Shown piece after piece: positions 49,862-62,974 of a stretch of DNA of 64,000 nt. The DNA is taken from NCBI GenBank assembly GCA_030390025.1, contig CM059431.1:113648001-113712000 (forward strand). Reading direction: 5' to 3'. The position numbers and the translations under genes were made by a program. Within the stretch, counting starts at the first letter, position 1; every line of letters starts with the position of its first letter. Origin of the DNA: Squalus acanthias (taxonomy: Eukaryota). Under the pieces are notes generated by a model. That model was not told the DNA's origin, did not search any database, and worked only from the letters and a program-made list of their open reading frames with translations.

Positions 49862-50320
49862 GTCAGCCTTGGTTCAGTGGTAGCACTTTTTACTGAGTCA
49901 GAAGGCTGTGGGTTCAAGTTTCACTCCAAAGACTTGAGCACATAATCTAGGCTAACACTTCATTGCAATACTGAGGGAGTGCCGCAATGTCAGCGGGGCC
50001 ACCTTTCAGATGAGATATTAAACTGAGGCCCTGTCTTCCCTCTCAGGTGGACGTAAACATTCCCATGGCACTGTTCAAAGAAGAACAGGGGAGGTCTCCT
50101 GGTGGCCTGGCCAATATTTATCCCTCAACTAATATCACTACAACAGATTATCTGGCCATTATCTCATTGTGGGAGCTTGCTGTGTGCAAATTGCCTGCTC
50201 CGTTTCCTACATTACAACAGTGACTATAACTTCATAAAGTACTTCATTGGCTGCAAAGCACTTTGGGACATCCTGAGGTCATCAAAGGTGCTATATCAAT
50301 GAAAGTTCTTTGTTTCTTTG
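49862..50320 (+). mobile_element. DeuSINE (SacSINE1-like), near full length
   Basis: A-box TGGTTCAGTGG, B-box GGTTCAAGT, Deu-domain; homologous to 13763-14170. Confidence 0.87.
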
Positions 50321-50431
50321 TCGAGTAATAGGACTAATAATTTGCATCCTCGCTCTAATCTTAAATATCCTTGAATGAACTCCTCTTTCAGTATTAAAAA
50401 TATAGCTCCTATTACAAGCAAGTCACATTTT

Positions 50432-51251
50432 GGGCACGATCATGCCAGCCCTGGGAGGCAGGTTTGGAGGCGGGACTGCTGGGAAAATGGCAGAATCTGG
50501 GGGCGGGTGCTCAACCCGTCCCCAACCCGCCTCCGTGCCATCTTGCCAGGAGGCGGGAAGCCGTCCCGTGCTGGGTCCCGTCTCCTTGGAGGAGGGAAGG
50601 AATTACAGCCACTTAACTGCCTGTTAACAGGTAGTTAACAGCCAGATAAGAGGATTATCCCCATTTTGCCCACACAAGTGCGGGCTTCCTGAAGGCTCCG
50701 AAACCCGCCAGGGTCACCGAGATGAGTAGTGGGTCTGCGGGGGGGTCTGCAGGGGTCCAAAAGTGCGCTGTGGAGGTGAGTGATGGGTGCAAATGTGGAG
50801 AGGTGAGTATCTAAGGTAAGTGGAAAGTGTTAGAAAAAGTGTACTTACCTTTGTTTCTTCATGCAGGCTTCAATCGGTGGGTATGTGGAGAGTCTCGCAC
50901 CTCCGCGGCAGAGATGACAGATGGCCATTGCATTCTCCAATGCAACAACCATCTAATTTCTACAAAAGAAAAAGGTTTGATGAGGTCTTGAATTCATGAA
51001 CTCATCAAACTACAGAGAATGCCAGTGTTTGACAGCTTCACAGAGCTGTCAAACGATGACAATTCATCTGTCAAAAATTTTTCTCTGTGACCGGCTTCCC
51101 CTTAATTGGCCTGCTAAGCCCGCTGGGCTGGCTTAACAAGGTCAATCAAGGGAAAATAGCGTGGGTTGGCCAGAAGTTGATGGAGGCGGGACTGAAACCC
51201 GACAAGTGGGAGTCCCGCCTCCAAAAGCTCCCCATTGGCAAAATCCAGCCC
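50432..51251 (-). mobile_element. Harbinger-type MITE family A
   Basis: TIRs present, TSD TTT, homologous to 26382-27126. Confidence 0.85.
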
Positions 51252-51285
51252 TTTGTGTCCATAAATTGGGATAGATTTTGCCCAC

Positions 51286-51515
51286 CTGAAATAAAGACAG
51301 AAAATGTTGGAAACACTCAGCAGGTCCGCAGCATCTGAGGAGAGAGGAAGGTAGGGTTAAGTTTCAGGTTGATGATCATTCATCAGATGAGCTTTCATCT
51401 CTCTACAGATGCTGCCTGACCTGCTGAATGTTTCCAGCATTTTCTGTTTTTATTTCAGGTTTCCAGCATTTTCTGTTTTTATTTCAGATTTCCAGCATCT
51501 GCAGTATTTGTTTTA
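51286..51515. repeat. Penelope-derived hairpin
   Basis: Inverted arms, a minus-strand hammerhead-like motif, and a 28-bp tandem duplication. Confidence 0.78.
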
Positions 51516-51649
51516 TTGTTGTAACACCCTCCTGATTTTCATTCCTTTGAAATAAATGGAATGGAAATCAGGTGAGTTCTATAATGGCTTGTGACCTGTT
51601 CCACCAGATTGCTGCCCAGACGTTTAAAATGAAAATCTAGCCCGTTTGA

Positions 51650-52611
51650 AAGTCTGGATTTAGCACACAATTTTGGTTCTAATTGCTGATTATTATAATG
51701 TGAACTTACCTGGAGGTGCTCAAGCAGAAACCTGCAGGTTTAGCACTCAAGTACTGATTACACGCAAATTTCGTGGAGCAGTGTGTGTGGGCTCCTCGCA
51801 CCCACTCCCACTGAAGGTGGCTGGCACACAGCAACACATTGCAGGATGGCTCAGGGACCGAGGAGGAGGGTGCACAGGTTCTCAGATATGGCACTGGAGA
51901 TCCTGGTGGAGGAGGTTTAGAGAAGGAGGGATGTCCTGTACCTGCAGGGGGGAAGGACGCCACCTCGCGCTCCTGTCCATTTCTTCTGCAGAAGCTGGTG
52001 CTGCTCTGTCTGGCTTCTTCTCCTCCTTCCATTCCTAATCCAGGCTAAGGGGGACCTAGCAAGATCCCCATGATCAAGCACTCCCTTTCTCCAGGTGACT
52101 CCTATAAGGTGTCCAATAAGGTGGAGCAGCACAGCATTACTCTTTTTTAGGTGAAGTTCTCAGATAATTTCCAGAATAAATGTCGCTCGAGTGTTGGTGA
52201 AGTCTTGACAAAGTCTCCCAGAAGGTCTCCCGATGTGTTTTAGAGGTCCTCTTCACAGCTCCAGCAGCAAGTGAACATGAATTAGTGAGTATCCCTTTAA
52301 GAAACGCTTGAAATCGACATCAACGCCGTGTTTACTCCCAAACAGCTGGTCGCTATTAGGAGAGGGTGTTAGGACAAGCGCTAGCTACCAAAATGCCGTG
52401 CAACCTCTTTAATGAGCGCTAGCAGGCATTTTAAGTGGCATCAGCTGTTTAATGATCCTCCGGGCGGCCGTTCCTAGCGCAGGCTTCAACTTCTTTACCA
52501 AGCTGGCGTCTGGCGCTAAACGCGGGCTAAACTGGCATCGCAGCTTATGACTCCATTTTAGCCACCTTGGAGGCTCTATCGCATCTAAAGTATTCGGCAA
52601 AAATTGCCCCC
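51650..52611. mobile_element. Internally deleted Harbinger (Myb exon 1 start fused to nuclease 5' region)
   Basis: From 51846: MAQGPRRRVHRFSDMALEILVEEV*RRRDVLYLQGG; right end AAAAATTGCCCC. Left boundary approximate. Confidence 0.7.
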
Positions 52612-54204
52612 TCATTCACCTCTTACTCCCTAGTCTCACACAAGATGAATGGTAATTTGGGCAAAGGTGACTGGCGCCTATGGAACTATGACCTGCAAGG
52701 AGTCAGCACCTTCAGTGGAGGAGGAGAGAAAATTGTCAATAAAAACTAAGCAGTTAATATCTATCCTATGTTGTTATTTCCACCCTGTTAGATTCTTGCT
52801 GCTGTCACCAAAGTTTCTTCATCTAGGAGACTGGGACAATCTGGGTGCAGACTCTACTGTGCACATTGCTGATGGCAATGCCTAATTGTTTAACAGAGAG
52901 CTTGTTTCTTCAGGGCGGGATAAATCCTGTTAGCTTGATCCTCTTCCTCTCCTATCTCAGCCCTTCCCTCAAGATGGATTGCACCCCCACTACTGCAATG
53001 TACTCCAACCAATGGCCCTTCCAAGTGCTGCTGACACTCATCCATTGAGGAAAACTATATTCAAACATTGTTAAATCTGAGATACCAGCTAGGTTTCTCT
53101 GAATAGGAGTCCAGTATTCCACTGCGAGCATTAAATTAAGTAAAAGTGGCTCAGATTGAACAGTAGGTCTTCCTGTCGTATATGTAAGAAATGACTAAAT
53201 AAGAGATACCTACAAAAATGTCGTCACAAATACAATAGAATGGTAAATATATGAATGCGTAGTACAAGGATAGATGAGCACAGGAGAGATTTTCTTCCAA
53301 TTGAGCTTGAAGGAAAAATATTGCAATATTGTGTTTGATTTATTTTGTGGGATTTTTATATGTCACTGTTTCATTGTTGTAACCTCCCAAATTAAACCAT
53401 AATGACACCTTAGAAGAAGAAATTGACAGTTTGTGGCATTAACATTAAGACTGTGCACATCAACGTGGGTTTGAATGAATACCATTCAGGGCCTAGATTG
53501 TTATCGGGCCTGCAACGTTTGCGGAGGCTAAGGGAGGGGGGCGGGGGAGGGGGAGATCTCCATTTTGTGCTTTGTATAACAAAATAGCAAATGTAAATCA
53601 CTGAACTCACTTATCAGTAAGATCTAAGGGGGGGGATTTTCCTGGGTCTGCACACAGATGCACTGGATCACATGGGCGCAGTGAATATCAGAAAATGGAG
53701 TGGGTCAGTGCCCAAGCCTGTAAAAGAACTCGCAGGATTTTCCTCCACTTCATTTAATGGAAGAGAAGTCAGGTGGGTTTCTTTGCCAGACAGGCACTGC
53801 AACCCAGCCAATTTTCCGATATTCTCTGCAACCGGGCACAGAGCCAGTAAGTCTCAGCTCTAAACACTACAGGGCAAATTTTAGTAATGTGTTCTCCCAA
53901 GACAGAGCCTTGACTGGGAATTCACAGGCACACTCCCCCCCTGTAAAGTTTACATTTAACGGATCAGAAGTTACGAGGAGCATGCCTACAATTCCTGTTA
54001 TCCACTCCTAGCTAGCAAGGCTGCATGCCAGGCGCACGCATTTTGGAAAATTAGCCGTAAACTAGTCAGAGCCCCAACGCAAAACTTTTTTTTCTTACAG
54101 TCAGAAAAAACATTCACCGTAAACCTAGCACTTTCGCAGAGGGTAGGAAAACCAGCTGGTGACTCGGCAGCTTCAGCAGAACTGTGTTAAAGCTGGGAAA
54201 CAGT

Positions 54205-54503
54205 AGCAGCAACAACAACGACTTGCATTTATATAGCACCTTTAACGTAGTAAAAACGTCCCAAGGCGCTTCACAGGATCGTTATCAGACAAAAATGTGG
54301 CACCGAACCACATAAGGAGATATCAGGACAGGTGACCAAGAGTTTGATCAAAGAAGTAGGTTTTAAGGAGAGTCTTAAGGGAGGAGAGCGAGGTAGAGAG
54401 GGGGAGAGGATCAGGGAGGGGATTCCAGAGCTTAGGGTCTAGGCAGCTGATGGCACGGCTGCCACTGGCGGAGTGATGAAAATCGGGGATGCGCAAGAGG
54501 CCT
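54205..54503 (-). repeat. L2 3' fragment
   Basis: KLWNPLP..LKTLLKTYFF; (TTG)n tail. Confidence 0.85.
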
Positions 54504-54832
54504 GAATGAGTGGCCGACTTTCTACTATTGCAGGACTGGGGTGCAACTTCGGCATGGCAAGACCTTGGCCTGCTGCAAAGAATTGCCCCAGACCTCAATC
54601 AACTTTCTGGCCTTGCGGACATTTGGATAATTTTGGCAGACTCCCCGTCCTCTGCTATCGAGTCCTGCTGACAAAATGGACCAAGTATGGGGTGGCAGCA
54701 GTCCACTGAGGCCTTGCCGCAGCTACAGGTATAAAGTATAAATGTTGTTGTTTTTAATTTAGCAATCAGTCGCTCAGTGATCGATTGCATAAGCTCTTAG
54801 ATCCTGTGCATCTAATATTACCAGGGCACAAA

Positions 54833-54968
54833 TCGTAGTCCACAGAAGGAGGCCATTCGGCCCATCCTGGCTGTGCCTGCACTTTGTAAGGGCTATCCAA
54901 TGAGTTCCACTCCCCTGCTCTTTTCCCATAACCCTGCAAATTCTTCCCCTTCAAGAACATATCCAGTT
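54833..54968 (-). repeat. CR1 3' fragment
   Basis: LDMFLKGKNLQGYG..AGEW; GGCCGAATGGCCTCC. Confidence 0.75.
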
Positions 54969-55937
54969 TCCAAACGATGGAAGATATATCAGATGATGTA
55001 TTACAATATGCCAACCCATATATGGAGCGCCTCTGTATTCAATTCGATGGCCCCGCCCACCTCAGTTTCATCCACAAATTGGAAAATGAAGGCCTGAAGT
55101 TCATGGCCTGTAAGTTTTTTTTGCTGATCCCCAGAGATGTTATCCTGACTACTTTCCCACCCTGGGTGCTGGGAAATTTGCCAACTATGTACAATCCTCT
55201 TGCAAAGATGAGTGTTGCCAATAAATATTTAGCATCATTCAGCAGTTTAGCAGAAATTCAATATCTATGCAAGAAAACAGTAATCTAATTTAAGAAGGAA
55301 CCTAGACATACAATTACATTTAATTTGATGAAATCTTACTCTTCTGTGTTGCAGTCCTGTTCTTAGGGCCACTAAAAATCACTTACAATAATTAATGTTG
55401 TATTAAAACATCTAACATTATAACTTAACACAAAATCCATTTGTCGCAATGTTAATCTGTGAGTACAAAACAATATTTCATGCTTTGCTGCAACACTTGA
55501 TGTAGCAGAACTTACTTAAAGTAGGCTTAATGTTTTACTAGGAAGATATTCATTGGCTGGGGGAAGAGAGCTTTCTGATGAGTCCTGATCCAAGAATAAT
55601 TTAAAAACTCGTAACATTAGGACAATTTATTTTTTGTGTAGGATCACAGCCCCTATGAACTTTATTTTTGAGGGCACAAGTTCTGCAGTCATTAAAACAA
55701 ATGCTTCCTCAGTGAGTGCAAGGCTGATGTCGGGATTATAATTAGCCTCTGCATCCTAGGCTAGGGAGATGGGATAATCAGCAGGTTTCCGATTGTCATC
55801 CAGTGCGTTCTGCTGGGAAATGTTCATGTATAGGAAAGGATCAGACTCGGCTATGTCACCATGATCAGTCCAGGCTCACACATAAAGACCGAGGCACCAG
55901 ACGACAGCCATAGTTCTTGGAATCACACCCTCGCATG

Positions 55938-57974
55938 ACAAAAGAAACAAAAGAAATTAAAGCTAGTATTAAGTCAAAGGAGGAAGCTTATAAAGTTGCC
56001 AGAAAAAGCGGTCAGCCTGAGGATTGGGATCTTTTTAGAAATCAGCAAAGGGGGACCAAGAAATTGATAAAGAAAGGGAAATGGAATATGAGCACAAACT
56101 AGCGAAAAATATAAAAACGGATTGTAAAAGATTCTATAGGTATGTGAAAAGGAAAAGACTGGCAAAGGTAAATGTAGGTCCTTTACAGTTAGAGATGGGA
56201 GATTTTATAATGGGGAATGAGGAAATGGCAGAGAAATTAAATAAATACTTTGTTTCTGTCTTCATGGAGGAAGACACAAAAATCCTCCCAGGAATATGAG
56301 AAAACTAAGGGTGTGATGAGAATGAGGAACTTAAAGAAATTATTATTAGTAAAAAAACAGTACTAGCAAAATTAATGGGACTAAAAGTCGACAAATCCCA
56401 AGGACCGGATGATCTACATCCTAGGGTTTTGAAAGAGGTGGCCATTGGAATAGTGGACGCATTGGTTGTCATCTTCCAAAATTCTATAGATTCTGGAATG
56501 GTTCCTGCAGATTGGAGGATAGCAAATGTAACCCCGCTATTTAAGAAAGGAGGGAGAGAGAAAACGGGAAACTACAGACCTGTTAGCCTCACATCAGTAG
56601 TTGGGAAAATGCTGGAATCTATTATAAAGGATGCAATAACTGGGCACTTAGAAACTAATAGTAAGATTGGGCAGAGTCAACATGGATTTATGAAAGGGAA
56701 ATCCTGTTTGACAAACCTATTGGAGTTCTTTGAAGATGTAACTAGTGGAGTAGACAAAGGGGAACCGGTAGATGTGGTGTATCTGGATTTTCAGAAGGCC
56801 TTCGATAAGGTCCCACACAAGAGGTTGGTGAACAAAATTAGGGCACATGGAATTGGGGGTAATATACTAGCATGGACTGAGAATTGGTTAACAGACAGAA
56901 AACAAAGAGTAGGGATAAACGGGTCTTTTTCAGGATGGCAGGCTGTGACTAGTGGGGTACCGCAAGGATCGGTGCTTGGGCCCCAGCTATTCACAATCTA
57001 TATCAATGATTTGGATGAGGGGACTAAATGTAACATTTCCAAATTTGCTGATGATACAAAGCTAGGTAGCAGTGTCAGTTGCGAAGAGGATGTGAAAAGG
57101 CTTCAAGGGGATCTCGACAGGCTCAATGAGTGGGCGAGAACATGGCAGATGGCATATAATGTGGATAAATGTGAAGTTATCCACTTTGGTAGAAAAAACA
57201 GAAAGGCAGAGTATTTCCTAAATGGTGAAAGATTGGGGAATGCAGATGCTCAAAGGGACCTGGGTGTCCTTGTACATGAGTCACTGAAAGTGAATGTGCA
57301 GGTGCAGCAAGCCATTAGGAAGGCAAATGGTATGCTGGCCTTCATTACAAGAGGATTTGAGTACAGGAGTAAAGAAGTCTTACTCCAATTATATAGGGCC
57401 TTGGTGAGACCACACCTGGAGTACTGTGTACAATTTTGGTCTCCTTACCTAAGGAAGGATATACTTGCCATAGAGGGAGTGCAACGAAGGTTCACGAGAT
57501 TGATTCCTGGGATGGCGGGACTGTTGTATGAGAAGAGATTGAGTAAACTAGGCCTGTATTCTCATGAATTCAGAAGAATGAGAGGGGATCTCATTGAAGC
57601 ATACAAAATTATTACAGGGCTTGATAGGATGGATGCTAGGAGAATGTTTCCCTTAGCTGGGGAGTCTAGAACCAGGGGCCACAGCCTCAAGATAAAGGGT
57701 AGGCCATTCAGGACTGAGATGAGAAGAAATTTCTTCACACAGAGGGTGGTGAATCTTTGGAATTCTCTAACCCAGAGGGTTGTGGAGGCTCAGTCATTGG
57801 GTATATTCAAAACAGAAGTGGATAGATTTCTGACTAGTAAGGGCATCAAGGGATATGGCGATAGGGCCGGTGAATGGAGTAGAGGCAGAAGATCAGCCAT
57901 GATCTCACTGAATGGCGGAGCAGGCTCGAAGGGCCGAATGACCTACTCCTGCTCCTATTTCTTATGTTCTTATG
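55938..57974 (+). mobile_element. CR1 LINE, 5'-truncated (~2 kb), inserted in an older interspersed repeat
   Basis: ORF2 RT region and (TTCTTATG)n tail. Confidence 0.95.
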
Positions 57975-58081
57975 AGTCGGCGCCTTCAGGAGCAAAGGTG
58001 GGAAAATTGGAAGGCAAGGATTTTATTGTGCTGAAAAAATTCTTTCCACATTCAAATGTGCCTACAACACTCATGAACTAA
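56375..58081 (+). CDS. CR1 ORF2 reverse transcriptase (uninterrupted partial ORF, 568 aa; probably not a functional gene)
   Basis: GPDDLHPRVLKE, NYRPVSLTS, QHGF, YLDFQKAFD, GVPQGSVLGP, KFADD, RDLGV. The usual stop after GIKGYG..WS is absent. Confidence 0.85.
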   Translation: MGLKVDKSQGPDDLHPRVLKEVAIGIVDALVVIFQNSIDSGMVPADWRIANVTPLFKKGGREKTGNYRPVSLTSVVGKMLESIIKDAITGHLETNSKIGQSQHGFMKGKSCLTNLLEFFEDVTSGVDKGEPVDVVYLDFQKAFDKVPHKRLVNKIRAHGIGGNILAWTENWLTDRKQRVGINGSFSGWQAVTSGVPQGSVLGPQLFTIYINDLDEGTKCNISKFADDTKLGSSVSCEEDVKRLQGDLDRLNEWARTWQMAYNVDKCEVIHFGRKNRKAEYFLNGERLGNADAQRDLGVLVHESLKVNVQVQQAIRKANGMLAFITRGFEYRSKEVLLQLYRALVRPHLEYCVQFWSPYLRKDILAIEGVQRRFTRLIPGMAGLLYEKRLSKLGLYSHEFRRMRGDLIEAYKIITGLDRMDARRMFPLAGESRTRGHSLKIKGRPFRTEMRRNFFTQRVVNLWNSLTQRVVEAQSLGIFKTEVDRFLTSKGIKGYGDRAGEWSRGRRSAMISLNGGAGSKGRMTYSCSYFLCSYESAPSGAKVGKLEGKDFIVLKKFFPHSNVPTTLMN

Positions 58082-58202
58082 GGATTTTTCACATTTTTGA
58101 AAGAACTATCATAATAATGTACTCTGTACTTGTGTAACTGGGGGGAGATTCTTCCAATCAGATTTTCAACGATCTTTTGCTCTGGGTGTTAACGTTAATG
58201 AC

Positions 58203-59033
58203 GGGCTGGATTTTATCAACGGGGCACGTTGGGGGAGGGACTGCTGCTTGTCGGGTTTCAGTCCCGCCCCCAACGACGTCCGGCCAACCCACGCTGTTTT
58301 CCCTTGATTGACCTTGTTAAGACCGCCCTGCGGGCTTAGCAGGCCAATTAAGGGAAAGCCGGTAGCAGAGGACGTCAGTGTATGACGTTTCATCTGTCAA
58401 AAACTTTTGACAGGTGAATTGTCAGCGTTTGACAGCTTTGAGAAGCTGTCATACACTGACAATCTCTGTTTTATGGTGAGCCCTTACTGAAGACTCACCA
58501 AAACCGATTTCCTCCGCAGAAATCAGATGGCTGCTGCATCAAAGAATGCAGCAGCCATTCTGTCATCTCTGCTGTTGAGATGAGGCACCTCCGGACTCCC
58601 AAGGATTGAAGCCTGCAGAAAGAAACAAAGGTAAGTAAACTTTTTCTAACACTTTACACTCACCTCTCATTCTTACCTCTCCACACTTGCACCCATCACT
58701 CACCTCCACAGTGGACTTTTCGACCCGTCTCACCCCCGCAGACCCACTGCTCACCTCGCTGACCCTGGCGGGGTTTCCCGACATTGGGAAGCCCGCACTT
58801 GAAGGGGTAAAATGGGGATTAGCCTCTTAACTGCCTGTTAACTAACTATTAACAGGCAATTAATTGGCTGTAATCCCCTTCCCGCCTCGAGGAGACGGGT
58901 CCCTGCGCGAGTCGGGGACCCGCCTCCCGGGAAGATGGCACAGAGGCGGGTTGGGAGCGGGGTCGGTACCCGCTCCCAATTTCTGCCATTTTCCCAGCAG
59001 TCCCACCTCCCCAGGGCTGGGAAAATTCTCCCC
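58203..59033 (+). mobile_element. Harbinger-type MITE family A (opposite orientation)
   Basis: GGGCTGGATTTT...AAAATTCTCCCC; reverse-complement homology to 26382-27126 and 50432-51251. Confidence 0.85.
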
Positions 59034-59999
59034 TAAGTGGATGAGCAGACCCATTTATGGAATTCTCTTCTGTTACTGGCCCTACTTTCACTTCAGTCTA
59101 AAATGGTGTGAGGTAAGATGAAAAAAGGGCAAATAGAATTTTTGTAAGGGCTTCTTCATGACTATGAATGCTTGTTTAAAGCCTACGATAAGAAATGTGA
59201 AGTTTTGCTCACTGTGCTAGGTAAAAGAATATTCTGTTCTTTCCTTCTTTTCAGAAAGAGAGTAATCTCTAAGAAAGAGAGACGAGATCAGCAGTTAATA
59301 GTTCATGTAGAAAAATAACCAGTGATACGTTTAGAAGGCGTGTGGTGTTGCAAGTCACTAATCACTCATGTAAACTATTCATTCATCAGTGTGAGTACAG
59401 CTACAATACAGTGGAGAACAGCTATATAGATATTCAGTAATACAGTATTATACTGTTGGCTCACTGCTCCCTCCAGCTTGAAGTGTCCCAGCCAGTTGAT
59501 CAATACAGCTGACTGATGGAATTGGAATGCGCCTCTATTTACCCTTTGAGAAATGCCTGTGCCCTGCCTCTCTGTGTTGCTAAATGTTAATGATGCAAGT
59601 CTAGTCAAGCCCAGGATTAAAAATCAAATATTTGGGCCAACATCTGTAAACTGTAATGATGAATGTTTCAAGGAGAATAAAATCAGAAAGCCAAACTTGT
59701 TGGTTTCTCTATGTCAAAGGAAAGTTGCAAGTACAGCAATCAAATGTTTTATAGTCAAAACACAATGCTCATTGGGATGGTTCAGTTTAAAATGAGCAGA
59801 GCATGTGGGATTAATTGTAATACCAGCTGGTTACTGTAATAGCTGGTAACTTCCTCTTGATGCAGCAAAACTAGCAAGTTTACAAGACACCTTTTTTTTT
59901 TGACCCTTGAATCACCACAGGAGCATAATTGCTCTGGTTGCTGTGTGTAGCAACACGCCTTAGAATGAAACACCAACCTTGTGAAGATACGATACAAGC

Positions 60000-61575
60000 A
60001 TGCTAAGCACCAAAAGGAAAAAGGTAGTAGCTAAAGCTAAATGACCCCACAACCAATGGATCAGGGCAAAGCTCTTTGTCCTATCACATCCAAACAAGAA
60101 TGGTGGCAGACAATCAGGCAACTAATGAGTTGAACAGGCCTCATGAACATCTCCATTCTCAATTATGATGGAGGCCAGCACATGAGTACAAGAGGCAAGA
60201 GTAAAGTGGTGCAAGCATCTTCATCCAAAAGTGCCAAGTGGACAATCTTACTTGGCCCCCGCCTGAGGTTCTCACCATCATAAATTCCAGAGTCCAGCCA
60301 ATTTGGTTCACTCCACATAACGTTAAGAAACGGCAGCATGCACAGCGACAGCTGTAGACCCTATCGACATCCCGGCTATAGTGCTGAAGACAAAATAATC
60401 AGAATAAGTTTGAGTTCCATCAGAATCAGTAGGCTCCAGATCTGATCACAGCTTTGATCCAGGCCTGGACACAAGAGCTGACTGTCAGAAGAGAGTTGAG
60501 AGTAGCTGTCCTCAACATTAAGGCAGCATTCAACCTAGCGTGGTACTAAGGAGACCTAGCAAAACTGAGCTCAGTGGGTGTCAAGGGGAAACTCTCCAGT
60601 GACTGGAGTCATACCTGATAAAAAGGAGGATGAATATCAGAGGCCAATCATCACAGCCCCAGAATATCACTGCAGGAGTTCCTCAGGGCAGTGCCCGTGG
60701 CCAAATATCTTCAGCTGCTTCATTAGTGACCTTCTCTCCATTGTAACATCAGGAGTGGGGCTGTTTTCTGATGATTCAGCAGTGTTCAGTTTCATTCATA
60801 GCCCCTCTGACAAGTGGCAAGGAGCATTCACACCACATATGTGCCAGGCAGTGACCATCTCCAACATAAAAAACCCAACCAGCTCCACTGATTATTAATG
60901 GTACTGTCATCGTCGAGTCCCCCACCGTCAACATCCTGAGGATTACCATTAACCAGAAGCTTAACTGGACCAGCCGTAGCAACAACATAACTACAAGAGC
61001 AGGGCAGAGATCTGGTACTCTGTGACGAGTGGTTCATCTCCAGATCCCTCAAAGCTTCTCCTTCATCTACAAAACTCAAGTGTGATGGAATACTTGCCAC
61101 TCCCCTGGATAGGGTAGCTGCAACACTATTAAAGGAACTTGACACCATCCAGGACTGAGTAGCCGACTTTATCGTTGCCCCCTGACTGATAATCCACCCC
61201 TTCCACCACTCAGCGCACTGTGGCTGCATTATGTACTATTTACAGGATGCACAACAGCAACTCACCAAACTTACTGTGACAGCACCTCTCAGCTTCATGA
61301 CCTCTATCATCAAGAAAGATAAGAGCAGCAAGATCATGGGAACACCAGCACCTCCAAGTTCCACTTCAATTCCACACCATCCTGAATCGAACATATACCG
61401 CTGATTCTTCATCATTGCTGGGTCATTATCCTGAAATTCCCTAACTAGCACCATTGTGGGAGCATGTCAACACAAGGATTGTAGCTGTGGAAGGAAAAGA
61501 TCCACAACCAACTTCAGGGCAACTAGGGATGGGCTATAAATTCAGCCATGCCACGCTGCCCATATCCTGAGAACA
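60000..61575 (+). mobile_element. Heavily decayed non-LTR retrotransposon (CR1/L2-group)
   Basis: Relics of LNIKAAF, AGVPQG, IFSCFISDL, GLFSDD; tail shared with 22945-23200 and 42760-42825. Confidence 0.75.
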
Positions 61576-62084
61576 AAATAACAAAAAATAAAGATTTTCA
61601 CTGTGTTTTCCAATTGGTTGCAGGGCTGCAAGCCAAATTAAGCATTGGAGGACTCTGCTTTTAACTCAACTGGTCTGTCATCTGGGATGATCTACTGGCT
61701 CAGGGACCAGAAAATGTGCTGGGCTCTCGGGACATGTCATTCTGGTGCTCTTCGCTCCAGCATTCCTCTCACTCCTGCCACTTGGTAGCTGCTTCACCAA
61801 TGTGAACATGGCATAATTATAGGTGTGTCTTGATTGGCTGCTAACAGTAGTGAATTTGCTAATGATTCAAAACGGCTCTGGATCACCATTTTAATTTGTA
61901 TCTGCTAAATTACTGAAAAAAAAGTGGAACAACTTTTCTTCCAAAATATAGTCATATATGTGAGTTGCTGTGCACAAATGACAGCATCAAACGGTTAATA
62001 TGAAAGAGAACACTGCCACCTATCCACAGATTGTGGGAACTTCACTTTGGAAAAAATACGAAAAAAAGAAACTGTTTTTGCATT

Positions 62085-62615
62085 TGCCCGGATTTTGCAG
62101 TCAGCGGCGAAAGAACGACGCTCGCCGTTCACTACGCTGACAGCTGCCCACAAAGTTTTTGCGGGCTTTAGAGCGGAGACTTGCTCTAATCCCCCATCTG
62201 ATCCAGCTTGGGAAAGACAGATGGGGATTAAGAGAGAGAGATAAAAGAGACAGACAGAAAAAGTTAAAAAAAATTCGGGGCCAGGGAGGTTGTTTGGCAG
62301 TAATTATCACTTAAAATGCTATTAAAAATTCACTTACTCCTGAATGCACCAGCCGTAACCTTTTCTGGCGTGTTTAGTGTGGAACTAGTGGGCAAATACC
62401 CCAACTTCACGCCGTTGCATTCATTTTAGTGCCTAGTCTATCGGCGAGGACTGTCACAGTGCACCCTATGGAGGAACAGGGTATCTCTGATGGCAACTTC
62501 CGAATTTCCACGTGTAACTGCTCATGTGCAGACGCCAGAAGTTGCTGTCCGATTTACTCCATTATAATGGTGAGCATTTCAGCCTCACCGTCATTATCTA
62601 CGCAAAATCTGGGCC
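62085..62615 (+). mobile_element. Harbinger-type MITE family C
   Basis: TIR GCCCRGATTTTGC; homologous to 33145-34805. Confidence 0.8.
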
Positions 62616-62974
62616 AATGTGTTTTGCCGGTAGGCCAGATAACAATAGATATTTTCAGACTGCAGAAATGGTAATAGAATTCTGCTGTTAAATTTCGCCA
62701 TCTAAAAATAAAGTTCTATTGTGGCTGTAACACAAGTACGTCTGCAAGTCCATCAATACTACGTGATAAAAACTCTTCACTGTTCCAGGAAAAAAAAATC
62801 CCACAATTATTTTCTTGTATTCATCGGCTGAAGGATTCAACTCTTACATCAGAGGCTTGTTTCCTGCAACAGGATTGGGACATTGTCCCAAATTAGATAC
62901 TCTCAGAATTTTCTGCTCTCCCTAATTTCCCATAATAATAAAAAGTAGGAAAGCTGAAACAAAACCAGAGCCCT

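Noticed and set aside
54977..55111. Exon-like ORF MEDISDDVLQYANPYMERL... ending at GTAAGT
   Set aside because: No recognisable homology or acceptor; abuts a CR1 truncation; insufficient evidence.
59240..59990. Possible conserved non-coding elements in unique AT-rich DNA (also 23200-24370 and 28480-29000)
   Set aside because: Conservation cannot be judged from a single sequence.
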